In this document: positions 22,248-32,038 of the stretch, piece after piece
Numbering within the stretch: position 1 is the first letter of the stretch
Layout of the letters: each line of letters starts with the position of its first letter
From: a virus
Taxonomy: Duplodnaviria > Caudoviricetes
Reading direction: 5' to 3' (one strand)
DNA length: 36,344 nucleotides
Virus record (IMG/VR): IMGVR_UViG_3300034148_000026
Coordinates: 1-36,344 of that record
Notes under the pieces: generated by a model
Told to the model about the DNA's origin: nothing
What the model saw: only the letters and a program-made list of their open reading frames with translations
The model's database searches: none
Made by a program: the position numbers and the translations under genes

Positions 22248-25200
22248 TCACTTCAGGATTGCCGTCACCTGCGTAACAGCGTTCAGCCACTGCGCCTGCA
22301 CGTTGCCGCCAGCGCCGTTCTTTGTCTGGACTTCAAGCTGTGCCATGAATGTCGCGCCGGCCGGCACCGACACGGCGTACGAGATCGAACTCAGTTGCTG
22401 CTCGGTCGTCATCTGGTGCGGACTGAGATAGACGTGGCCTGGCGTGCCGTTGATCGAGTAGTTGAAAAGCCAGTGCACGTAATTGCTGGCGCTGGCGACG
22501 GTCTCGAACTTGGTGAGCAGGCCGGTGAACGAGACTTCGACCATCCGCGCGACCCCGGTGCTGTTGATCCATGTCACGGGCGCCCCGACCGAGTTGGCGA
22601 TGACTGCGCCGACGGTGCTCCAAAGTGTGCCGGCCCCGCTGTTGGAAACCTCGAACATCGCGACGGTCGCCGCCTCGTCTTCGATCTGGTCCGTCTGCAC
22701 GTTGACGTACCCGATGCTGTTCCAGTCGTTGGCACTGAGGGCGCCGAAGCGCATGTTCGCGAGCTTGGCGCCCGGCGTGTAGAACGAGGTGTCGAGGAAG
22801 AACACCAGCCCTGGCGGCGCTGCCACGGTGCGCCGCACGATCCCGTTCTGCATGTAGCGGACCGATGAGCCGTCGTACAGCACCAGCATGACGTTGCCGG
22901 CGACGTAGGCGACTGGTGCCATGCCCGAGTTGCTTCCGCTCTCCCAGATCGTCGCGACGCCGCTCGCTTCGAGATACCACGCGTAGTCGAGCGAGGTGTA
23001 GTGCTGGTCCGAGAGCGGGTCGCTGTTGAGGCCGAACATGATGTTGGCGTTCACCTGCTTCGGCACAGCCGAGGCCATGCACGCGCCGTAGGCGGAGTCG
23101 CGGCTGTAGATGTCCGAGTCCCACGCGGCGGCGCCGCCGATCTTCTCGCCGAGGTTGCCTGCCACGACGCAGTTGCCCCGCGCGATGAGCACGATGTCGG
23201 TCGTCGCGTCGAGCGTGCCGGTGTAGCCGTAGTCCCGGAGCGACGATGGCGTGCTCGACGAGCCGGTGACCATGAAGGTGCCGCCGTGAATCTGGAACGA
23301 CACGTCGCAGAAGGCGTTCGTCGGGGACGGCACGCTGCCGGCGTATGTCTCGAAGCCGTTGCCCTCGCCGCACGCCGCGATGGCGACGAGCACGTAGGCG
23401 CCGTGGACGACGACGTTCGGGTTCGCGTAGATCAGCGGCGACCCGCCGCAGCGATAGACCGCCGCCGGCAGCGCGCCCGACAGCCTCTGCGGCACGCCGA
23501 ACGCGCCGACCGATCGCAGGCAGATGACGAGGTCGGAGCCGAGCCCGTTGAGCCTGACCGCGAGCGCGTCGATCTTGCTCGGGTCTGTCCAGATGTCGTA
23601 ATGCTCGGTGTTGAGCAGGTCGCCCGTCGTGCGGTTGAAGATGTCGAGGTTCAGGGCGAAGCCTACGGAGCCCACCGCTGCGCCGGTCTCGTCGTACAGG
23701 TTCGAAGCGATCAGCCCGGCCGTGTCGTACTGGCCACGTGCGACTGCGCGCCAGTAGATCGGCCGGCCCGCGATGTCGGTCCAGTCGCCGCCGGCTCCCG
23801 CCGGTAGGTCCGCGACGATGTGGACGACCTGCACGCCCCACGCGGAGCGAATGCCGATGCTGTTGATCGCGCGCATGCGGAACAGGTAGGCCGTGTCCGC
23901 GAGCAGCCCCGAGATCACCGTGCTCGTCGCGCCGCCCGGCACGCGCGTGGCGAGCCAGCCGTCCTCGCTGGCCGGCAGCGGCTGGCCGAGCGGCCAGTAC
24001 TGAATCTCGAAGAAGCCGGACTGCCGTACCGCCTCGGTCGTCGCGGCGTCCCAGGTCACGAGCACCCGGGCGATGATGCTGCCGTCGCTGAGCGGGATCG
24101 TCCCGCTGGAGCAGGCGAGCCCGGTCGGAACCTCGACGCGCCAGGGCAGCGGCAGTCCGGTGTTCGGCGCGTCGTCGCTGGAGGTGAACAGCGAGTCAGG
24201 GTTCCAGATCGACGCGGCGGTTTCCTTCAGCGTGAGGATCACTCCACCCATAGGCGAGAACGCCCACGACAGAACCTCGAACTGCTTCGCGTCCCATCCG
24301 AAGCGCGCGAGCGTGATGGCACCGACATCGAACGGCTCGACCGGGTACGCCTTGAGGTTGCATGGAACCTTCACCGTCAACGCCTGCCGCGCGTCGCGCA
24401 GCATCACGCCGCACACGTGGCGCGCGTGCACGATGTCCGTGATGCCGAGCAGCGTCACGTCGCGCGGTAGCTGCTGGCCGTCCGCGTCAACGTATGCCTG
24501 CGCGATGACCGGCTCGGTCGGCGCGACCGCATAGCCGCGATCCTTATCCGCGATGCTCGGGCGGTAGACGTTCACCAGATCGTTGCGCGCGACGCCGGCA
24601 GTGATCTCGATCGGCTCGGCCCCGTTCAGCCATGTCTCGTCGATGGTGAACGCGGGCGCGGAGTAGTAGCCCGCCTTGATCCGCAGCAGACCGCCGACCC
24701 ATGCGTACTTGCCAGCCATCGAGGTAACGATCTCGTTCATCGTCGAGGACGGATCGGTCAGCGTCGGCGCGACGAGGTCGCAGACATACATCGGCGCGAC
24801 GACAGGCCCGGCGTCGGTAGCGAACGAATGCGTCACGTCGCAAGCGTTTGCCGAAGCAGTGACGACGGGGAGCACGATCTCGCTCGGCTGGCAACCGCCG
24901 CCCCACGGATGACACGCCCAATCGCGGGCGATCAGGGCGGGGTTGCGACTCCACGCGGTGAGCCCGGTTCGCGGATCGAGAATCTTGGCGCCGCGCATCG
25001 TCGCGGAAAAGCTCGGCACGCCTTGCGCGAACGCCTCCTGATCGTAGGTGAGCGTCACGAGCAAGCACGCGATGCCTTGGAACTTGTGCTGCGGCCCGAT
25101 GTCGGGAACGCCGAGCGCCATGAGCGGACCGCTCAGGTCCTGCCCCGGTGCGCCGAGGTAGGAGCGCACGCGCGCCTTCGACGTGACCGTGGCGTACTGG

Positions 25201-25865
25201 TAATCGACCGAAACCATGTACGCCGGGTTCGTCCCGCCGGAGTATGTGACGACGTTGCCGACGACCGACACCACGGTCAGAGCCATCGGCGGGTCCACGT
25301 CGCCGAGTGACGTCGCCATCTGCGTCGCCGTCACGGTGCCGGCGATGGGCATGTGAGGCAGGCCGACGCTGCCGTTGCCGCTCCCGTCCATCGTCCCCGC
25401 GACGCCGTTCGAGAGCTTGTTCGTCAGCGCGAATGGTTCCGTCTGCACCCAGCCGTCCACGTCGAGCGTGACCGGCACGTCGCTGAACCACACTTGTTCG
25501 ACGGCGTCGATCTCGTGGCCGGCGATGGCGACGACGAAGGTGTACTGCTCTTGCAGCGCGCCGTGCGATGCCTTGTAGAGAATGCCTTCGACGTTTCGGC
25601 AGCGCCCGTACACGCGCGAGCGCGGCGCGTCCGTCGTCGCGGTCATGACGAGGCGGTCCTTCAACGACTCGTTGAACGACTGCCTCGCCTTGTCGCGCGC
25701 CGCTCGCGCTTGGTACGTGCCATATGCGTAGTAAGCACCGATCACGATCGCGTACGAGGCGACCACGAACGCGGTTGTCCCCGCGAGCGCCGCGACCGAA
25801 ACGGCAGCGACGCCGGCCCAGTTGATCGCGACCCACGCGGCCGCGTAGGCGACGACCTGAGGCAT
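22248..25865 (-). CDS. Tail tip / host-specificity protein (gpJ-like, 1205 aa) with FN3 and lectin-like C-terminal domains
   Basis: PRSRVYGR, AIAGHEIDAV, GAKILDPRTG..AWSRNPALIARD, NDLVN...YVDADG; FN3-like SGLLADTAYLFRMRAINSIG; follows the NlpC-like tail gene. Confidence 0.9.
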   Translation of the reverse strand: MPQVVAYAAAWVAINWAGVAAVSVAALAGTTAFVVASYAIVIGAYYAYGTYQARAARDKARQSFNESLKDRLVMTATTDAPRSRVYGRCRNVEGILYKASHGALQEQYTFVVAIAGHEIDAVEQVWFSDVPVTLDVDGWVQTEPFALTNKLSNGVAGTMDGSGNGSVGLPHMPIAGTVTATQMATSLGDVDPPMALTVVSVVGNVVTYSGGTNPAYMVSVDYQYATVTSKARVRSYLGAPGQDLSGPLMALGVPDIGPQHKFQGIACLLVTLTYDQEAFAQGVPSFSATMRGAKILDPRTGLTAWSRNPALIARDWACHPWGGGCQPSEIVLPVVTASANACDVTHSFATDAGPVVAPMYVCDLVAPTLTDPSSTMNEIVTSMAGKYAWVGGLLRIKAGYYSAPAFTIDETWLNGAEPIEITAGVARNDLVNVYRPSIADKDRGYAVAPTEPVIAQAYVDADGQQLPRDVTLLGITDIVHARHVCGVMLRDARQALTVKVPCNLKAYPVEPFDVGAITLARFGWDAKQFEVLSWAFSPMGGVILTLKETAASIWNPDSLFTSSDDAPNTGLPLPWRVEVPTGLACSSGTIPLSDGSIIARVLVTWDAATTEAVRQSGFFEIQYWPLGQPLPASEDGWLATRVPGGATSTVISGLLADTAYLFRMRAINSIGIRSAWGVQVVHIVADLPAGAGGDWTDIAGRPIYWRAVARGQYDTAGLIASNLYDETGAAVGSVGFALNLDIFNRTTGDLLNTEHYDIWTDPSKIDALAVRLNGLGSDLVICLRSVGAFGVPQRLSGALPAAVYRCGGSPLIYANPNVVVHGAYVLVAIAACGEGNGFETYAGSVPSPTNAFCDVSFQIHGGTFMVTGSSSTPSSLRDYGYTGTLDATTDIVLIARGNCVVAGNLGEKIGGAAAWDSDIYSRDSAYGACMASAVPKQVNANIMFGLNSDPLSDQHYTSLDYAWYLEASGVATIWESGSNSGMAPVAYVAGNVMLVLYDGSSVRYMQNGIVRRTVAAPPGLVFFLDTSFYTPGAKLANMRFGALSANDWNSIGYVNVQTDQIEDEAATVAMFEVSNSGAGTLWSTVGAVIANSVGAPVTWINSTGVARMVEVSFTGLLTKFETVASASNYVHWLFNYSINGTPGHVYLSPHQMTTEQQLSSISYAVSVPAGATFMAQLEVQTKNGAGGNVQAQWLNAVTQVTAILK

Positions 25866-26276
25866 TTAGAAGGCCCTCCACGCGGTCGCCTCGACCGCCT
25901 CGAAGGGCAGGCGCACCGTGCCCGCGCCGCCCGGACCGACCCATGCGTCGCCGACGCAGACGAGCAGCGTGTCGCGCCCTTCGAGTTCGCCGAGCCCGAC
26001 GTCCCCGACCTGTGCCAGCGCCGGGGCGATGCGCGGCCCCAGGCGCGCGTCGGCAGCGCCCTGCACCCCACCTATCCCCTGAAGGACGTTCGTCGCCTCC
26101 TGCGCCGTCCTGTGCGCCCGCAGGCCCTCTGCCGGGTCGTGCCCCGAGATCGCCCGCACGCAGTCGCAGGCGAACGTGCAGCAGTCGTTCGTTCCCCACG
26201 CGAAGGGTTCGGCACGGCGCTCGGCGAGCAGGGCGCCGAGGCGAGACTGCCAGTCGTTGAGGCGAGCGACGGTCAT
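25866..26276 (-). CDS. NlpC/P60-like tail tip assembly protein (DUF6950-like)
   Basis: RLNDWQSRL...PFAWGTNDCCTFACDCVRAISGHDP...AQVGDVGL. Confidence 0.85.
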   Translation of the reverse strand: MTVARLNDWQSRLGALLAERRAEPFAWGTNDCCTFACDCVRAISGHDPAEGLRAHRTAQEATNVLQGIGGVQGAADARLGPRIAPALAQVGDVGLGELEGRDTLLVCVGDAWVGPGGAGTVRLPFEAVEATAWRAF

Positions 26277-26833
26277 TGTCGGAAGAACGCGGCGGCGGGC
26301 CACGTGTCTTGATGAGTGGCTTGCGCCACGATGAATTCGAGGCAACGGTCGCCGGGGTAAAGCTGCTGCTGATCCCCGTCCGCGTAGCGCACGCCCTTTG
26401 CTCGGGCGAACGTAATGCCACGGTGCTCGGCGGTGACCGTGATCACTGCCGAGTCCTGCCCCTCCGAGATCGGCATCTGGTCGAGCGTGCCGGCCCATGC
26501 CGGCTGCACATCGACGATCGCCTGCGAGTCGGGGTCCATGATGCAGGTGTAAACCCGCACCGCCTTGCCTTGGATCGGCTCGGCGAGGGCGATGGCCAGC
26601 AGATCGTTCGGCACCCCGGATAGCTGAAAGGCAAGCCCGGCGATCTCGCCGCCCTGATCTCGAATCGCGTCGATCGCGGTCTGCCGGCCCCCGATAAAGG
26701 TCTTGCCCGCATGCACGATGTTGTCGCGGGCGGTCGTCACGTACAGCGGCGCGGTGAGGTCCATCTCGACCAGCTGCGCGAGCGCTAGCCGCTTGCCGAG
26801 CAGCGCGGCGGCTGGCGCGGCGAGCGTCTTCAC
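26273..26833 (-). CDS. Minor tail / baseplate hub protein (gpL- or DUF2163-like)
   Basis: Position between the Dit-like and NlpC-like genes; LSGVP...WAGTLDQM...RYADGDQQQLYPGDRCLEF. Confidence 0.8.
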   Translation of the reverse strand: MKTLAAPAAALLGKRLALAQLVEMDLTAPLYVTTARDNIVHAGKTFIGGRQTAIDAIRDQGGEIAGLAFQLSGVPNDLLAIALAEPIQGKAVRVYTCIMDPDSQAIVDVQPAWAGTLDQMPISEGQDSAVITVTAEHRGITFARAKGVRYADGDQQQLYPGDRCLEFIVAQATHQDTWPAAAFFRQ

Positions 26834-27429
26834 GCGGGCGCCTCCTCGAGGTCGATCGGCATGACCGAGGCGACGGCGGGCTCGTAGCTGCGCTGGCTTG
26901 AACTCGACGGCAGCAGGCACTGGACGGTCGGGGTCTGCCACGTCACGGGAGAGCCGGCGGCGATGGCGCCGCGCACCCGGTTGACGAGCGGCACGACGAG
27001 CGTGGTGCCGGTGCCGACGCAGTCCGAGAAGACTTGGAACATTTGCCCGCCGAGCCCGATCATGTCGCCCGCGCGGAGCGTCACGTTCGCGCCGCCGATG
27101 GTGGTGAGGGTCAGGGAGAGGGCGCCGCGAACCGCGGCGATGGCCAGCACCGGGCTCCCGCGCATCGTTCCACGTGGAACCATCCGCATCCAGTAGGGCA
27201 CGAGCACCCGATCGACGCCGCCCGCCAGCCGGGCAAAGAACGCCTCGGCCGCGCCGCCGTTGATCAGCTTGCCCGGCGGCAGCGTGATCGAGATACGCCA
27301 GAACTCGCCGGGGAAAGCGATCGACTCCAAGCTGCCGGCCATCGGCGAGCGGAAGCTGACGCCCGCCTTCTGGATGCCCCAGCTTGCGGTTTGCGGCATG
27401 AACGCGGACGGGTAGTTGAAGGTCGCCAC
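26830..27429 (-). CDS. Distal tail (Dit-like) protein
   Basis: Directly after the tape measure; FRSPMAGS...GEFWRISITLP...EAFFARLAG...LRAGDMIGLGGQMF. Confidence 0.75.
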   Translation of the reverse strand: MATFNYPSAFMPQTASWGIQKAGVSFRSPMAGSLESIAFPGEFWRISITLPPGKLINGGAAEAFFARLAGGVDRVLVPYWMRMVPRGTMRGSPVLAIAAVRGALSLTLTTIGGANVTLRAGDMIGLGGQMFQVFSDCVGTGTTLVVPLVNRVRGAIAAGSPVTWQTPTVQCLLPSSSSQRSYEPAVASVMPIDLEEAPA

Positions 27430-27433
27430 GTCG

Positions 27434-29479
27434 TCACCCTCCAGAGAAGCCCGGCCGGCGCATGGCGGCGATCACCTCGGCCTTGATCTGGCTTTTCAGC
27501 GCCGGGATGAGAGCGGCCACTTCGTTGCGCGAGACGCCGGCCGCGATGTTGACCTGCACCACGGCGGCGCCGCCACCGCTGCCCGCCTTGTTGACGCGCC
27601 CGCCCTGCGAGCCGGTCAGCAAGAAGTCCTTGCCGCCGGTCGAGAACCCCTCGACACCGGGCGCGCCGGCCTGATCGTTCACCTGAGTGAGCGACCACGG
27701 CGCGACCAGCCCGCCGCTCGCCTTGCCGCCGCCCCACCCGACCGCCGACATGAACGCGCTTACCCATCCGCCGCCCGCGCGGTTGCCGCCCGCCCCCATC
27801 GCGCCGAACAGGCTGTCCATGAGGTTCGCCTGCAACGCCTTAACGGCCATCTGTTCGAGCATCCGCTGGAACAGCTTGCCGATGTTGTCGAAGTGGCCCG
27901 TCAGCATCGCTTCGAGCCCCTGCCCGAGCGTGTCGTCGAGCGACTTGCCGAGGTCCTGCACGGCCATGTCCATGTCGCTCAGCTTTTGCAGTGCGGGGTC
28001 GCCAGTGCCGTGCAAGGCTTCGATCGCGGCCTTCGCGTTAGCCGCTGACGCGCCGATCTCGTCGAGGTACTTGCGGAGGTCAACCTCCCTGCGAATCGCA
28101 GCAGCCGATGGGTCGCCCTGCCCGGCCCGAAAGAGTTGGCTCATCTCCTCCATCTGCGCGACCTTGGACTGCCGCAGCGCTTCGTTGACCTTCTCGGTGT
28201 CGCGAACCTCCGCCAGCCGGAACCGCGTCGCCTCGTTGCTGGCCTGTTCGAACGCGGCGCGCAGCTTGTCGAGCCCGTCCGCGTAGTCGAGCACGGCCTG
28301 TCGCTCGGCGGCTGTGGCGTTGGCGAACTTCGGATCGGCGAGCAGCGACTTCGCCTTTGCGAGTTCCTTGTCGATGTCGTTGACGCGCAGCTCGGCTTCG
28401 AACAGTTCGCGATACCTCTCGACGAGCTTCTGTATCTCGGTCTGCTTCTCCGCCTCGCCGGCCACCTTGAGCGAGGCCTTTCCAGTCGGCGTCGTGACGA
28501 CTTGCCCCAGCGCCGCGAACGGACTCGCGCCTCCCTCCATGCCCGCTTCGAGGTTGGCCTGCTGCGCCATCAGGCCGCGCTGCTGGTTCAGCAAACGCGT
28601 CTTTCGTTCCAGCGACAGATTGCCCGCGTCCAGCAGCTTCGTGTTCGCCGCGATCATGTCGTTGACGATGCGCAGTTCCTGCGCGCGCGAGTCCGCCGCG
28701 TCCTTCTCGCGCCCCTCCTTCGCCCACGCGCGCGACGCATCGCGCGCCTCTTTGAACTTCGCGATCAGGACGTTGAGGTTATCGACGAGCGGGCCGATGA
28801 TGGCGCGCGCGGCGTCGAGCAAGTCCTTCGACAGCCCGGCAAGCGCATCGTCAAACGCCTTGGCCGCCTTCGCCGCGTCGGCCGTGACGGTGCCGACGAG
28901 CTTGGTCTGCTCAGCAAGGTCGCGAATGAAAGGTGCCGCGTCCCGGATGCTCCGGCCGAACAGCACCTGCACCGCGCGTGCCTTGTCGCCTTCGGTGGTG
29001 AAGCCTTCGAGTGCAACTGCTGTTCGACGAAGCGCCTCGGCGGGGTCGAGTGCCTTCAGTTCCTTGACCGACAGCCCGAGCGCTTCGAAGATGCGCGTCG
29101 TCTCGTCGCCGGCCTTCGCGTCGTTCAACTGCTTGTTGAACTTCACAAGCGTGGTGGCCACAGTCTCGAACGTATTGCCGGTGCGCCGGCCCACGTCTTC
29201 AAGCGCCGACAGGTTCTCTACGCTGGACCCGGTTGCCGCCGACAGGTCTTCGAGCGCGGCGACGCCTTCGTTGACATCATTGATGAACCCGACGAACTGC
29301 TTCGCGGCCCAGATGCCGCCGATCGCCTTGCCGAGTTCGATCGCTTTGCTGGTCAGGCCGGAGAACGACATCTCCATCCGAGTCGCTGTCTTGTCGGCCA
29401 GCGCTGCGGCTCGCGCGAAGCCTTGCTCTAGGTCGGCCAGCTTGGCGACGAGGTCGATCGATAGAGTCGCGAGTGCCAT
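27434..29479 (-). CDS. Tail tape measure protein (681 aa)
   Basis: LATLSIDLVAK N-terminus, Ala-rich helical body, C-terminal GKASGGLV..VND..G.EGF motif; follows the chaperone genes. Confidence 0.92.
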   Translation of the reverse strand: MALATLSIDLVAKLADLEQGFARAAALADKTATRMEMSFSGLTSKAIELGKAIGGIWAAKQFVGFINDVNEGVAALEDLSAATGSSVENLSALEDVGRRTGNTFETVATTLVKFNKQLNDAKAGDETTRIFEALGLSVKELKALDPAEALRRTAVALEGFTTEGDKARAVQVLFGRSIRDAAPFIRDLAEQTKLVGTVTADAAKAAKAFDDALAGLSKDLLDAARAIIGPLVDNLNVLIAKFKEARDASRAWAKEGREKDAADSRAQELRIVNDMIAANTKLLDAGNLSLERKTRLLNQQRGLMAQQANLEAGMEGGASPFAALGQVVTTPTGKASLKVAGEAEKQTEIQKLVERYRELFEAELRVNDIDKELAKAKSLLADPKFANATAAERQAVLDYADGLDKLRAAFEQASNEATRFRLAEVRDTEKVNEALRQSKVAQMEEMSQLFRAGQGDPSAAAIRREVDLRKYLDEIGASAANAKAAIEALHGTGDPALQKLSDMDMAVQDLGKSLDDTLGQGLEAMLTGHFDNIGKLFQRMLEQMAVKALQANLMDSLFGAMGAGGNRAGGGWVSAFMSAVGWGGGKASGGLVAPWSLTQVNDQAGAPGVEGFSTGGKDFLLTGSQGGRVNKAGSGGGAAVVQVNIAAGVSRNEVAALIPALKSQIKAEVIAAMRRPGFSGG

Positions 29480-29482
29480 GCC

Positions 29483-29728
29483 CTAGTCCCCTTCGACGTC
29501 CGGCTTGTGCGTCTTGATGACGAGCAGCCCTTCGATCACCGCCTCGACATCCTCGATGCCGTACATCTCGACGGCGAGCGGCAAGCCCTGCCAGTCTATT
29601 CCGCCGCTGCCGTTCGACAGCATGTTCCAGCTTCGGATGACCGCCTGCGACGCGGGAGTGGGCACGGGAGGCGGCTCGCCCTCCCACACGATCCCTGCGG
29701 CGGCGTCTAGGAGGTCTCGGAGTTTTTT
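29483..29728 (-). CDS. Tail assembly chaperone gpT-like segment, reached by a -1 frameshift
   Basis: The -1 frame reads KKLRDLLDAAAG...WNML...GGIDWQGLP..VEMYGIEDVE..IEGLLVIK and has no independent start. Confidence 0.8.
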   Translation of the reverse strand, partial: KKLRDLLDAAAGIVWEGEPPPVPTPASQAVIRSWNMLSNGSGGIDWQGLPLAVEMYGIEDVEAVIEGLLVIKTHKPDVEGD

Positions 29729-30117
29729 GCGGCGTCCTCCTTCGACTCGCCGCGTTTCCTGGCGTCCTCGATCACCTTCGTCGCGAGCGACATCATGTGG
29801 TCGTTCACGTGGTCGAAGACCCATTCCTCGAACAGGTCGCGGGAGAAGGGCACCGGGGAGTCGCCGCCCTGCTCTGAGCCAAGCATGTCCGCCTCGGTGA
29901 ACCCGCGCCAGTCGAGCGCGCACTGCCCGAGCAGGGCGCGGATGTCGGACGCGGAGCGCGAGAGCCGCAAGTCGTAAAGCTCGCCCTGCTGCGGGAGCCT
30001 GATCTGCACGGCACGCCGGGCGGGCGTGTCGAGCTCGTACCACTTCGTGCGCTGCCTGCGGCTGTCCCGCAGCACGTCCGCCGCTGTCCTGCCGCTGCCG
30101 AGCTTGTCGCCCTCCAT
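29707..30117 (-). CDS. Tail assembly chaperone gpG-like (136 aa)
   Basis: Lies between tail tube and tape measure; LDWRGFTEADML...VPFSRDLFEEWV; ends AAKNSETS. Confidence 0.85.
   Translation of the reverse strand: MEGDKLGSGRTAADVLRDSRRQRTKWYELDTPARRAVQIRLPQQGELYDLRLSRSASDIRALLGQCALDWRGFTEADMLGSEQGGDSPVPFSRDLFEEWVFDHVNDHMMSLATKVIEDARKRGESKEDAAKNSETS
29722..29728 (-). other. Programmed -1 frameshift slippery heptamer A AAA AAC
   Basis: mRNA reads GCA AAA AAC TCC GAG ACC TCC TAG in the gpG frame, an XXXYYYZ pattern at the canonical position. Confidence 0.85.
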
Positions 30118-30126
30118 GTGGGCGGG

Positions 30127-30774
30127 TCAGGCCGGCAGCTTGAGGATGAAGCCCTTCACCGCCAGCGATAGGGCGCCGGTGCCGAGCGCGCCCTGCTGCA
30201 CGTCCTCGCCCGGGAACGATGGCTCGCCGTAGGCGATGCGGACCGCGCCGTCAGGGTGCGTGATCCGGCAGTACAGCTTTTTCGTTTCCTGCGCGTAGGA
30301 CTCGATCAGTTGCAGGCAGGCAGTCGGCACGGTCTGCGCCAACATGTTGAAGCCCAGCGTCTGCGCGGCGAGCAGGCCGTTCTCCTCCTGCGCGATGATG
30401 TCGATCAGACGCGAGGCGTCGAGCTTGTTCGCGCCGCCGCCGCCGATGCTGTAGCTGGTGGACTCGGCGAAGGTCATCCACGACAACACCTTCATGAAGT
30501 TGCCGGTGTTGAAGACCGGCATCGAGGTCGTGTTCAGGCCCTGAAGTTCGAACGTGCTGCCGGCCGGGTTGTTGACCCGGATCGCCTGCCCGTTGAGTTG
30601 CTCCATGCCCGTGACGCCGTCCCAGTAGCCGCAGTCGGCATCGAGCAGGCCGTGCCCGGCGGCGGTGGCGACGCCCGGGTTCGCGTTCGTCACGGCGGTG
30701 ACGACGATGGGCACCGTTGAGTAGGTGGCACCGAACTCGACGCGGACGCCGCGTCCCTTGACGTTGTTGGACAT
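30127..30774 (-). CDS. Major tail tube protein
   Basis: VTAVTNANPGVATAAGHGL...VTGMEQLNGQAIRV...FELQGLNTT; position after the tail terminator. Confidence 0.85.
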   Translation of the reverse strand: MSNNVKGRGVRVEFGATYSTVPIVVTAVTNANPGVATAAGHGLLDADCGYWDGVTGMEQLNGQAIRVNNPAGSTFELQGLNTTSMPVFNTGNFMKVLSWMTFAESTSYSIGGGGANKLDASRLIDIIAQEENGLLAAQTLGFNMLAQTVPTACLQLIESYAQETKKLYCRITHPDGAVRIAYGEPSFPGEDVQQGALGTGALSLAVKGFILKLPA

Positions 30775-30823
30775 GGTTGAAGCTCCCTGAGTTGAGAACG
30801 AAGCGGCGACGGGCGAAGTATGC

Positions 30824-31186
30824 CTACGCCCACCACTCGACGGTGAGGACCGATGCGTCGAGTCCGTTTTCCGGATCGACGCCGCCGACGCGCGCGAGAA
30901 CGGTGGCGCCGGTGATCAGTGGCGCGGTGAGGATGGCGGCGGCTACGGCGTCGCCGACCGCCTCGGCCTGCGCGGCGCTCTTGCCCCAGCACTCGATCGT
31001 GACCGCCGCCTCGTCCGCCGAGATCGTCTTGTCGAGCGTGAACGTGTAGGAATGGTTCGCCGACACGATGATGTACGGCAGCAGCGTCCCCTCGTTGACC
31101 GCATTGAGCGCGAGCCTTCCGGCCACCAGCGAGGCGACGCCGGGGAAGCCAGCGAGCAAGGCAAGCACGTCTGTCTCGATGCTCAT
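30824..31186 (-). CDS. Tail terminator (DUF3168-like)
   Basis: VASLVAGRL...LPYII...VTIECWGKS...AEAVGDAVAAA. Confidence 0.85.
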   Translation of the reverse strand: MSIETDVLALLAGFPGVASLVAGRLALNAVNEGTLLPYIIVSANHSYTFTLDKTISADEAAVTIECWGKSAAQAEAVGDAVAAAILTAPLITGATVLARVGGVDPENGLDASVLTVEWWA

Positions 31187-31701
31187 AGCGGGTCGCGTGC
31201 GTTGTCGTTCAGCTTGCGGATGCGCGGCCCGAGATACTGCTCGAAGGCGGTCAGCGCGTCGCCCAGTTTGCGGGCGCCGGATTCGAGGAAGCCGACGCCC
31301 CGGAATTTCTTGGTGCCGAAGTTGACGAAGCGCCAGTAGAACGGGTCGTTCGGGTTGCTGCTGCCGCGCTGCGATCGCTTGACGAGTACGCGCCTGCGCG
31401 TGCTCCCGATCTTCACGTTGCGGTACTTGTTCCCTGGCAACGGCTTCACGTTCACGAACACGCCGATGTTCCCCTGCGACTTCGCGACCTTGCTCGTGCG
31501 GACAGAGATCGCGCGGCGCAGCGTGCCGGGCGTGCGCGTCGCCGTCGCACGCGCGAGCACTGGCGTGTTGCGCCTCGCCTCTCTCTGCACGATCCGGGCG
31601 CCGGCCCTGAGCGCGTCGGCCACCGCGCGCTTGCGGAGCTTCGGGACGATGGACTTCAGCGCCTCTTTGTAGTCGGCGATCCCGCGCACCTTGGCCTGCA
31701 T
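31183..31701 (-). CDS. HK97 gp10-like tail completion protein
   Basis: ALRAGARIVQREARRNTP...PGTLRRAI...DPFYWRFVNFGTKK. Confidence 0.9.
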   Translation of the reverse strand: MQAKVRGIADYKEALKSIVPKLRKRAVADALRAGARIVQREARRNTPVLARATATRTPGTLRRAISVRTSKVAKSQGNIGVFVNVKPLPGNKYRNVKIGSTRRRVLVKRSQRGSSNPNDPFYWRFVNFGTKKFRGVGFLESGARKLGDALTAFEQYLGPRIRKLNDNARDPL

Positions 31702-32030
31702 CACTTCGGCACCTCGATGCACATCAGGTCGAGCGACTGGCGGCGAGCGTCCACGTCCACGGGCGCGGCGGTGGTCTGGTAGGTGCGGCCGCGCCAGATC
31801 ACGCGCACGTCCGAGGGGAGGTTCGGTATCCAGTAGATTTGCACGCGCAGCGACACCGGGTTCTGCATCGCGCCGGCAGCGATGAAGTCGCCGCCGTCGA
31901 GCGGCTCGCAGCGGGCGGCGACCATCGTGAGGTTCGTCCACTTCTCGCGCTGGCCGTACTCGTCCTTCACCGGCGAGAGCGTTTGCAGGGCGACGACCTG
32001 ATCCATCTGGCCGGGCTGGAGAAGTGCCAC
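31701..32030 (-). CDS. Head closure / head-tail adaptor (SPP1 gp16-like)
   Basis: PGQMDQVVALQ...KDEYGQ..KW...EPLDGGDFIAAG...RVIWRGRTYQ; AGGAGG RBS before GTG 32030. Confidence 0.85.
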   Translation of the reverse strand: MALLQPGQMDQVVALQTLSPVKDEYGQREKWTNLTMVAARCEPLDGGDFIAAGAMQNPVSLRVQIYWIPNLPSDVRVIWRGRTYQTTAAPVDVDARRQSLDLMCIEVPK

Positions 32031-32038
32031 CGATCCTC

